NCBI RefSeq assembly: GCF_000010625.1
Contig: NC_010296.1
Location: 570,001 to 602,000 of the forward strand
Source of the DNA: Microcystis aeruginosa NIES-843
Lineage (GTDB): Bacteria > Cyanobacteriota > Cyanobacteriia > Cyanobacteriales > Microcystaceae
Length of the DNA: 32,000 nucleotides
Reading direction: 5' to 3'
The stretch's first letter is position 1. Every line of letters starts with the position of its first letter. Position numbers and translations under genes: made by a program. Under the pieces are notes generated by a model. The model was given only the letters and a program-made list of their open reading frames with translations. It searched no databases and had not been told where the DNA came from. Shown here in pieces: positions 6,712 to 13,369 of this stretch.

Positions 6712-9024
6712 ATGGTTAGCAGTGCCACTCGTCCAAGACCTTCCTTAAAAACCCTCTGGCAAAAGATAGAATCTTCTCCCTTGCCGGAAACCGAGGAATC
6801 GATTATTTTAAGAATTCTGGTGCAAGCTTTAGTAATCGTCGGTATTATCGCCACCGATGTGGCTACTGATAGTTATACCAGTATTTGGGCCGTTCCTCTC
6901 AGTATTATCGGCGGAATCTGGAGTTGGCGACGCAGGAAAAAGCGCAATATCGGGGCAAAATTTTGTATAGCGATCGGAATGTTGGTAGTGTTGGCGCTAT
7001 TCTTGGGTGATATAGTTGCGATGCAGGATAGTCGCATTGCCCTAACACAATTATTAATTCAACTGCAAATTCTCCATAGTTTTGACCTGCCCCGACGCAA
7101 AGATTTAGGTTATTCTATGGTAATCGGTTTAATTCTCTTGGGAGTCGCCGGGACAATCTCCCAAACCCTCGCTTTTGCGCCTTGGTTAATCCTCTTTCTG
7201 CTTTTATCCCTACCTACCCTAGTTTTAGACTACCGTTCTCGTTTAGGTTTAGATAATCTCAATCAGAGTCTCCCTTTCTTCTCAAGGAAATCCCCGCGTC
7301 TAGCCACAAAAAAATTAGTTTCCCCGCCAAATTCCCCCCTTTCTCCCAAACGTTTTGGGATTTTCTTTCTGACAATTCTCCTCTTGGGATTGACAATTTT
7401 TGCCCTGATGCCGCGTTTTCCGGGTTATCAAATTCAATCTTTTCCCGTCAATAGTCCAGGAGGTATGGAAAATCAGGATTTTGAACAGGGAGACAGACAA
7501 ATCGTTAACCCCGGCTATGTGCGCGAGGGTGAAACGGGGAATGGTGGCGTAAATGGCGGTAATAGTCCCACTACAGGGTCAGGACAGTTAGATTCCACCT
7601 TTTATTACGGTTTTAACCCCCAAATCAACCAAAATTTGCGGGGAAGTATGACTCCCCAGACAGTCATGCGGGTACGTTCCCAAGCCCCCGGATTCTGGCG
7701 GGCTATGGCCTTTGATCGCTATACTGGTCAAGGGTGGCAAATCTCGCGAGATCAAGAAGTGGAGGATTTAAATCGCAGTAGTTGGTCCTATCGCTTTTTT
7801 GTGCCGCTACCTGCAACCCAAGCCAAAACCCATCAGGTAGTCCAAACTTACAGCATTGTCTCCAGTTTACCGAATATTATCCCCGCTCTTACTTCGCCTC
7901 AGTTTCTCTTTTTTCCTACCCGACAGGTATCTTTAGACCGAGAAAATAGCTTAAGGTCGCCGGGGGGGTTAGCGGAAGGGCTAACTTATACTGTAATCTC
8001 ACAAGTGCCGGAACGCAATCGCAGCCAACTGCGATCGGCACCAGAAACCTACCCTAAGTCTATTCTCAAGCATTATTTACAAATTCCTGCCGAAATTGCC
8101 CCGAAAGTCCGCCGAAAAACCGAGGAATTGCTGGCAAAATCTCCCACACCGTTAACCTCTCCCTACGAGAAGGCCCTATATTTAGCCCAAGCATTGAAGC
8201 AAAACTACGAATTAAAAGCCGATTTGCCCTTTTTAGCCGAAAATGAGGATTTAGTCTCGGCCTTTTTGTTTCGTTTTCAGGGGGGTTACGCCGATCATTT
8301 TTCCACCGTGTTAACGATTATGTTACGCTCGATCGGTATTCCTGCCCGATTAGCCACCGGTTTTGCTCCTGGCCAGTTTAATCCTTTCACTGGCTTTTAT
8401 GTTGTCCAAAATACGGACGCTTACGCCATCACAGAGGTGTTTTTCCCCGGTTACGGTTGGTACAATTTCGATCCTATCCCGGGCCACGAATTAATTCCCC
8501 CATCCTTTGAGCAAGCGGAACCTTTTAGCGTCCTCAAGCAATTTTGGCAATGGGTAGCCGGATGGTTGCCCTCCCCAGTAACGGGTTTTCTCGGTCTGAT
8601 TTGGGAAAATGTTATCGTTACTATCGGTCAGTTATTGGCCTGGTTATGGCGCTTTATTTCCGGCAGTCTTTTAGGGGGAATTCTCGGCGGTTTAGTCGGG
8701 GTCGTCTTCGCTTACGCTGGTTGGTTAGGATGGGGACAGTTCCATCGTTGGCGTCGGGGTCGCCGGTTAGCAAAACTACCACCAATCGAGCGTTTATACC
8801 AGCAAATGTTAGGAATCTTAACAGAAGCCGGTTATGGCAAACATCCCGCTCAAACCCCTTTAGAATACGCCGCCGCCGCCCGCCGCGTCCAACCGCCGCC
8901 AGTGGCGAATATTATCGAGGAGATTGCTCGCGCCTACGTTGATTGGCGTTATGGCGGGAAATCGGCTAATATTGAGAGATTACGCCAACGTTTTCGAGAG
9001 TTGCCCAAGCTAGTGAAAAAGTGA
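6712..9024 (+). CDS. Polytopic membrane protein with transglutaminase-like core (TgpA-like architecture), catalytic Cys and His substituted
   Basis: N-terminal TM helices are followed by a core GGYADHFSTVLTIMLRSIGIPARLATGF...DAYAITEVFFPGYGWYNFDP, which aligns to GFCEHFAS...GIPAR...HAWxEV...DP of transglutaminase-like proteins, and then C-terminal TM helices. The first ATG is at 6712. The ORF track starts at an in-frame TTG at 6688, so the start is uncertain. Confidence 0.75.
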   Translation: MVSSATRPRPSLKTLWQKIESSPLPETEESIILRILVQALVIVGIIATDVATDSYTSIWAVPLSIIGGIWSWRRRKKRNIGAKFCIAIGMLVVLALFLGDIVAMQDSRIALTQLLIQLQILHSFDLPRRKDLGYSMVIGLILLGVAGTISQTLAFAPWLILFLLLSLPTLVLDYRSRLGLDNLNQSLPFFSRKSPRLATKKLVSPPNSPLSPKRFGIFFLTILLLGLTIFALMPRFPGYQIQSFPVNSPGGMENQDFEQGDRQIVNPGYVREGETGNGGVNGGNSPTTGSGQLDSTFYYGFNPQINQNLRGSMTPQTVMRVRSQAPGFWRAMAFDRYTGQGWQISRDQEVEDLNRSSWSYRFFVPLPATQAKTHQVVQTYSIVSSLPNIIPALTSPQFLFFPTRQVSLDRENSLRSPGGLAEGLTYTVISQVPERNRSQLRSAPETYPKSILKHYLQIPAEIAPKVRRKTEELLAKSPTPLTSPYEKALYLAQALKQNYELKADLPFLAENEDLVSAFLFRFQGGYADHFSTVLTIMLRSIGIPARLATGFAPGQFNPFTGFYVVQNTDAYAITEVFFPGYGWYNFDPIPGHELIPPSFEQAEPFSVLKQFWQWVAGWLPSPVTGFLGLIWENVIVTIGQLLAWLWRFISGSLLGGILGGLVGVVFAYAGWLGWGQFHRWRRGRRLAKLPPIERLYQQMLGILTEAGYGKHPAQTPLEYAAAARRVQPPPVANIIEEIARAYVDWRYGGKSANIERLRQRFRELPKLVKK

Positions 9025-9031
9025 GCTTGAG
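8967..9031 (+). repeat. Direct repeat copy 1 (65 bp; genuine 3' end and stop of the transglutaminase-like gene)
   Basis: 61/65 identical to 10223..10287 by manual alignment. Confidence 0.9.
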
Positions 9032-9041
9032 CCTATAGTTA

Positions 9042-9073
9042 GGGTTTGCGGCAAAAAGTTTTTCAGCAAATCC
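9042..9073. mobile_element. 32-bp mini-element made only of the two IS termini (GGGTTTGCGGCAAAAAGTTTTTCAGCAAATCC)
   Basis: The left half matches the IS/MITE end GGGTTTGCGGCAAAAAG. The right half, TTCAGCAAATCC, matches the other end, TTCAGCAAACCC. The flanks TAGTTA and TAAATA are not identical, so there is no clean TSD. Confidence 0.5.
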
Positions 9074-9117
9074 TAAATAATCAATAACTGGATTTAGTAT
9101 TACGGGTTAAGAAACCG

Positions 9118-9150
9118 AGAAAACGGGTTTCTTTAGGAAACCCGTTTTCT
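9118..9150. terminator. 14-bp perfect stem hairpin (AGAAAACGGGTTTC-TTTAG-GAAACCCGTTTTCT) between convergent genes; possible bidirectional terminator, member of a repeat family
   Basis: The arms are 9118..9131 and 9137..9150. The hairpin lies 94 nt after the plus-strand stop (9024) and 37 nt after the hicA stop (9187). There is no clear U-tract beyond the stem's own T run. Confidence 0.4.
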
Positions 9151-9186
9151 GGACCTCGGTGCTTAACCTAACGGTGCTGGGGATAT

Positions 9187-9408
9187 TTATAATAAGGTAA
9201 TAAACTGATCCACGCTCAACTCGGCGTCTCTAATAATTGAACGCAAAGTTCCCTTTGCCAGTTTGGGGTGATCTGGGACAACAACCTGAGAAAATGGGTT
9301 ATCTCGACGAAGAATAACGTGACTGCTTTCTCGTCGTTTTTGGTAAAAGCCGACTTTCTCCAGCACCTTAATACAGTCCTTGCCTGAAACACTCGGTAGC
9401 TTACTCAC
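9187..9408 (-). CDS. hicA: HicA-family toxin (mRNA interferase), type II TA
   Basis: This 73-aa protein has the YcfA/HicA-like pattern: SGKDCIKVLEKVGFYQKRRESSHVIL....VVVPDHPKLAKGTLRSIIRDA. It overlaps the upstream antitoxin gene by 4 bp. Confidence 0.75.
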   Translation of the reverse strand: MSKLPSVSGKDCIKVLEKVGFYQKRRESSHVILRRDNPFSQVVVPDHPKLAKGTLRSIIRDAELSVDQFITLL

Positions 9409-9611
9409 ACAACCGCCAGAAATGTTTCCAATGTATCCTCTGGAATCGGCAGTCCGTCTTCCGCTAAAGCCGCAATATAACCGGCAATCGCCTCTTTTAT
9501 ATTAATCAAGGCTTCTTCTTTCGTTTTTCCCTGACTAACACAGCCTTTGAGACTTGGACACTCCACAATCCAATAGCCGTCTTCGTCTCGATATACAATG
9601 ACTTGCCTCAT
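9405..9611 (-). CDS. hicB: HicB-family antitoxin (UPF0150-type, no appended DNA-binding domain)
   Basis: This 68-aa protein (YRDEDGYWIVECPSLKGCVSQGKTKEEALINIKEAIAGYIAA..EDGLPIP) is typical of the short HicB fold. It is translationally coupled to hicA. Confidence 0.75.
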   Translation of the reverse strand: MRQVIVYRDEDGYWIVECPSLKGCVSQGKTKEEALINIKEAIAGYIAALAEDGLPIPEDTLETFLAVV

Positions 9612-9816
9612 TTTTCCACTCGCTTTTTAAGAAGTGTTAATAATTACCCCTAATCATAGCAAACAACTCAGCCAAATTTATTTACCGTTCCTGCATTAGC
9701 CTTCCCCCCAACGTCATCTCTAGATTTAGTCAAGGCGCTGAAGAATACTTACACTAGCGGCGTTGGTTTTTCGCAACCAAAGTAAATTACATATCTTAAA
9801 TTGAGAGTAACTAAAC

Positions 9817-9846
9817 TTGACAATCAGTTTAACAATGCGCTAGAGT
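9817..9846 (+). promoter_or_regulatory. Candidate sigma70-type promoter TTGACA-18 nt-TAGAGT
   Basis: The hexamers were read at 9817..9822 and 9841..9846, about 95 nt upstream of the 9940 ATG. This is a sequence match only. Confidence 0.25.
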
Positions 9847-9939
9847 AAATGAAACTTCTAGACTGTAACGCTGGCGGAAGGGAGGCTATTAATTTCGACT
9901 GATTTTTTTTACTAATAACTAAACTAAGAAAATATAATT

Positions 9940-10188
9940 ATGACAAAATATCAAACAGAAACCCTAATCAAAGTTCCTTTAGATGTTGCTGAAACTTATT
10001 GGAATGCAACGGAAGAAGAGCGTCAAAAAATAGCAGAAAAAATCGCTTTTTATGTTCAATTTTCAAATTTATCTAGAAAAGAATCTCTGGAGAAATTATA
10101 TAAAACGATGGATACTATTGGACAAAAAGCACAAGAGAGAGGATTAACCACTGAAATTTTAGAATCTCTCTTAAATGAAGATAACTAA
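9940..10188 (+). CDS. Putative antitoxin (82 aa) of a decayed VapBC-like module
   Basis: A small acidic protein whose stop overlaps the ATG of a PIN-domain N-terminal stump (10175..10225), in the classic antitoxin-toxin arrangement. I did not recognise a family for the antitoxin. Confidence 0.5.
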   Translation: MTKYQTETLIKVPLDVAETYWNATEEERQKIAEKIAFYVQFSNLSRKESLEKLYKTMDTIGQKAQERGLTTEILESLLNEDN

Positions 10189-10225
10189 ACGCTTTGTTCT
10201 CGATACCAATGTTATTATCAGTTAA
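10175..10225 (+). pseudogene. Truncated PIN-domain (VapC-like) toxin, only 16 codons (MKITKRFVLDTNVIIS*)
   Basis: RFVLDTNVII is the canonical PIN N-terminal strand with the first catalytic Asp. The reading frame ends at a TAA that is the first 3 nt of direct repeat copy 2. Confidence 0.6.
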
Positions 10226-10287
10226 TATCGAGAGATTAAGCCAACGTTTTCGAGAGTTGCTCAAGCTAGTGAAAAAATGAGCTTGAG
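10223..10287 (+). repeat. Direct repeat copy 2 (orphan copy of the 3' end of the transglutaminase-like gene)
   Basis: It would encode NIERLSQRFRELLKLVKK*, versus NIERLRQRFRELPKLVKK* in the real gene end. There are four substitutions in 65 bp. Confidence 0.9.
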
Positions 10288-10514
10288 AGCAGTTATCTTA
10301 ATGGTGAGGTAGGAAGTTTTCGTTTTGGGGAGTCGGTCGCCGGTCGTCCATAGCAAATTAGGTTACACTTCATCTTGATGAGAAAGGCTATAAATAACAC
10401 TATGTTAAGAAATGTAACGAAGGACAAAACCCTTACTGTTGCCTTGTCTGCACAGTTAACTTTATTTTTGTCCGACTACCGATAATTCTCAGCCAGCAAT
10501 TTATAAGCAGATCA

Positions 10515-10979
10515 ATGTCATCTTGTCAAGTATTTGAACAATCAATTCAGATTAAAGCTAGTGCCACGACGGTGGAGCGTTGTATCACGGATTTAGAGTT
10601 AATGCGTCGTTGGTTGAATCCGGTGTTAGTTTGTGAACCTATCGGCGATTGGAAGACCGATATCGGTGGGAGAAGTCGTTTTTTGATTCAAATCCCCCTA
10701 ATTCAGCCAACGCTGAAAAGTACGGTGATTGAGAGGGAACCGGGGTTAATTGTCTGGCAATTTGAAGGCTTTTTTCGCGGTTGCGATCGCTGGGAATGTC
10801 AACCCAATGATGGCGGCACTTGTTTAATCAATCGTTTTGAGTTTGCGATTCCTAATCCGGTTGTGGGGTGGGGATTCCAGCAATTCGCCGCCAAATGGAC
10901 TAAAAAGGATATGGAAGCGCAATTAAGACGCTTAAAACGAGTAGCCGAGGAAATTTATCTACTTTCAGCAACAAGTTAA
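10515..10979 (+). CDS. SRPBCC (START/polyketide cyclase-like) superfamily protein
   Basis: The 154-aa size and the pattern (IQIKASATTVERCITDLELMRRWLNP...) are typical of SRPBCC proteins. The assignment is by resemblance only. Confidence 0.5.
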   Translation: MSSCQVFEQSIQIKASATTVERCITDLELMRRWLNPVLVCEPIGDWKTDIGGRSRFLIQIPLIQPTLKSTVIEREPGLIVWQFEGFFRGCDRWECQPNDGGTCLINRFEFAIPNPVVGWGFQQFAAKWTKKDMEAQLRRLKRVAEEIYLLSATS

Positions 10980-11052
10980 GCTGATGGGGTGGTAAGCGGG
11001 GGGTTTTGGGGATGGGAGAATACCCTCACCCCCAACAGCTAACCCCTGATCC

Positions 11053-11256
11053 CTAATCGATCGAGATCGACTGGGGACTGTTGCCGTTATCCTGATTATT
11101 GTCGTTAAAACTGACTAATCCCTGCTCTTCTAACCATTTTTTGAGGGGATCGTCCGAAAGTTTCAAGCGCAGTAATCCAGAGGCAAAACCACCGAAAAAA
11201 GCGATCGGTTGTTGAATCAGTTCTTTAACAACGGGTTGTAATTCATCGAGAAACAT
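11053..11256 (-). CDS. Hypothetical small protein (67 aa)
   Basis: The ORF has a plausible ATG. Its amphipathic N-terminal half carries GGFASG and its tail is acidic and Asn-rich. No family was recognised. Confidence 0.4.
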   Translation of the reverse strand: MFLDELQPVVKELIQQPIAFFGGFASGLLRLKLSDDPLKKWLEEQGLVSFNDNNQDNGNSPQSISID

Positions 11257-11326
11257 CTTATTCTATCTCCTGATATTGTCACACCTATCAATGTTAAGTT
11301 AATTGAAGTGATTCTGTAAGACTAGC

Positions 11327-11842
11327 ATGACTGAAACTCCCAACACGGTGAAAAAATCTTTCCGGCTAACCCCGTTTATTTTCCTAGGAATACTGCTCAT
11401 TTGGCTAGGAATTAGGTTAATCGCTCCCGATAGCGTCAGTTTATTCGCCGGTACTCGTCCCGATTATTTGGGAGTCAGGGAAGGTAAACTGGCTCCTTGT
11501 CCGGTCACTCCTAATTGTGTTAGTAGTCAGAGTCAGGATCAGGCTCATGCGATCGAACCCCTTAGTTATCAGGGTAGCGGTGAAAAAGCGATCGAGCAAT
11601 TAGCTAAAATTATCGCCTCCCAACCGAGAACTAAAATTATTAACCAAGATAGTAACTATCTCTACGCCGAATTTAGCAGTCAATGGATGGGATTTGTCGA
11701 TGATGTGGAATTTTCTCTTAATCCTAGCAAAAATGCGATCGATGTTCGCTCGGCCTCCCGGTTAGGAGAATCGGATTTAAATGTCAATCGAGAACGAGTG
11801 GAAACCCTGAGAAAACTCTTTTCAGTGATCAGTAATCAGTAA
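11327..11842 (+). CDS. DUF1499 family protein with N-terminal TM anchor
   Basis: LAPCPVTPNCVSSQ, YLYAEF.S..MGFVDDVEF and DVRSASRLGESDLNVNR match the DUF1499 pattern as I remember it. The last 7 codons and the stop lie inside a heptamer-repeat element. Confidence 0.65.
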   Translation: MTETPNTVKKSFRLTPFIFLGILLIWLGIRLIAPDSVSLFAGTRPDYLGVREGKLAPCPVTPNCVSSQSQDQAHAIEPLSYQGSGEKAIEQLAKIIASQPRTKIINQDSNYLYAEFSSQWMGFVDDVEFSLNPSKNAIDVRSASRLGESDLNVNRERVETLRKLFSVISNQ

Positions 11843-11879
11843 ACGGTGAACTGAATCAGAGAATACGATAAGAAAAATT

Positions 11880-12377
11880 ATGTTTCGTCCCCAACCGATA
11901 CCAGCAAAAGCAGGACAGGAATCCGTCTGGGATTATCCGCGTCCCCCGCGCCTAGAATTATCGCCTAAACACCTAAAAATCATCTTTAATGGGGTGATAA
12001 TTGCCGATACTAAAAGCAGTTATCGAGTTCTAGAAACCAGTCATCCCCCAGTTTATTATCTACCGCCCCAAGATATTAAAATGGAATACCTGCAAGCCAC
12101 AGCAGAAAAGTCTTTTTGTGAGTGGAAAGGTCTAGCGGGATATTACAATATCACTGTTGGCGACCAACAGGCAATTAACGCCGCTTGGTATTATCCGGAC
12201 CCGACACCAGAGTTTCAGGCAATTAAGAATTATCTGGCTTTTTATCCTGCCAAAATGACCGCTTGTTATGCCGACGGTGAATTAGTACAACCGCAACCGG
12301 GCAACTTTTACGGGGGATGGATAACCTCCGATGTGGTTGGTCCATTTAAAGGCGTTCCCAATAGTTGGGGCTGGTAA
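11880..12377 (+). CDS. DUF427 domain protein (long form)
   Basis: [33 protein letters not shown] and YLAFY are DUF427 hallmarks. A second, shorter DUF427 gene is at 28908..29192. Confidence 0.7.
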   Translation: MFRPQPIPAKAGQESVWDYPRPPRLELSPKHLKIIFNGVIIADTKSSYRVLETSHPPVYYLPPQDIKMEYLQATAEKSFCEWKGLAGYYNITVGDQQAINAAWYYPDPTPEFQAIKNYLAFYPAKMTACYADGELVQPQPGNFYGGWITSDVVGPFKGVPNSWGW

Positions 12378-12393
12378 TCCCGTTAAGTAAGTA

Positions 12394-12417
12394 GGGTTTG
12401 CTGAAAAAGTTTATTGG
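12394..12417. mobile_element. Solo copy of the IS left terminus (GGGTTTGCTGAAAAAGTTTATTGG) preceded by TAAGTA
   Basis: The first 17 nt are identical to IS positions 899..915. The flanking hexamer TAAGTA (12388..12393) is the same as the MITE's TSD. I found no partner end within 1 kb. Confidence 0.5.
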
Positions 12418-12471
12418 TGGAGTCAGGAGTCAGGAGCCGGTCGTCAGGAGATTATTTTTATTTATTCTTCC

Positions 12472-12492
12472 CACACCCTACACCCCACACCC
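12472..12492. repeat. Heptamer array CACACCC TACACCC CACACCC (3' exon side of the intron, minus strand)
   Basis: Read directly. It is in phase with the array at 13279..13334. Confidence 0.9.
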
Positions 12493-13278
12493 GTTACAGT
12501 AGAGCAGGAAGTCGCCTTCCCACCCCCTGCTTCAAAACCGGACTTACGACTTTCGCCGTATCCGGCTCCTGAGTAACTAGGCTACTGTCATTAGTAGAAT
12601 AATAATGGGAATTATTATTTCCTTGTCTATTCAACCCTCTTGGCTGTATCCCCACCAGACAAGATTGTTGGTTTTAGGGCGTATATGACCGTTGATTGTT
12701 GCTTAGACTTCCTAGTTACCCGTCCTTTGTCAGCATATCTTTGATATTACTCAAAGCCTTGGCTTTTAAGGACATCCTCTCCCTCTATTGACTTGCGGAT
12801 GGTTTCCTACTGCCCCGAACGGGCAGAGTCAATCAGGGTTACTTCGTTCCCTATAACCATTGGTTGAACCCTTAGGATGATACTGTCCACAACAGAGTAA
12901 CGGGAATGCCTTACTGATAGTGGTATGAGCTATCAGCCCCAACTCTGTTAACTTTTGTTTCGAGCCTGTCAGCCTTTTGGCTCGTGGGTGTTGACGATGG
13001 TTAATTCGTATCTTCGCCCCAGGGCTATCCATAGGTTCTGGCTCAACGGGTTTCTGATTTAGGCTATCAGATACCGCTTTTTTTTTCCTCGCTCACTACC
13101 TCAGATGTACCAAGTCTAAAGCAGCAGGAAATGCCGTCACTCTAGGCATCTAGAGGACAGGACTAAGGTTATTACTAACCCGCACCTGTAGGGTTATAAA
13201 GTTATCAAGGTACTACATTTACCAAGCGGCTAATCCTCTAAACGTCTTACTGTCTAGTTTCTAGCCAACGAATCGCAC
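12493..13278 (-). mobile_element. ORF-less group II intron (ribozyme only, 786 nt)
   Basis: On the minus strand the 5' end is GTGCG (13278..13274). Domain V, GAGCCGGATACGGCGAAAGTCGTAAGTCCGGTTT (12568..12535), has the AGC triad, a G.U wobble, a 2-nt AA bulge and a GAAA tetraloop. A DVI-like helix (AGCAGG/CCTGCT) has an unpaired A 8 nt from the 3' end. The 3' end is ...TGTAAC (AY). No RT ORF is present. Confidence 0.75.
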
Positions 13279-13336
13279 CACACCCCACACCCTACACCCT
13301 ACACCCTACACCCTACACCCCACACCCCACACCCCC
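13279..13336. repeat. Heptamer array (CACACCC)2(TACACCC)4(CACACCC)2 (5' exon side of the intron)
   Basis: Eight in-phase units were read directly, ending 34 nt upstream of the ubiA ATG. Confidence 0.9.
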
Positions 13337-13369
13337 TTAACTCCTAGTTTCTACTTTTTACGAGAAATT

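Noticed and set aside
8544-8942. 132-aa Arg-rich ORF in an alternative frame (+)
   Set aside because: It is entirely nested in the well-supported transglutaminase-like CDS. The Arg/Ser-rich, low-complexity translation is typical of an off-frame reading.
12535-12568. GAAAGTC-containing structured segment first considered as RNase P RNA (P4-like GGAAAGTCCGG) or tmRNA
   Set aside because: The sequence lacks the RNase P consensus (GAGGAAAGTCCGGGCTCC) and any tRNA-like 3' end. It fits group II intron domain V nucleotide for nucleotide, with GTGCG and AY ends at appropriate distances.
12829-13032. 67-aa ORF on the minus strand
   Set aside because: It lies inside the group II intron ribozyme domains, has no RT, maturase or other motif, and has an odd composition. 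It is most likely a chance ORF.
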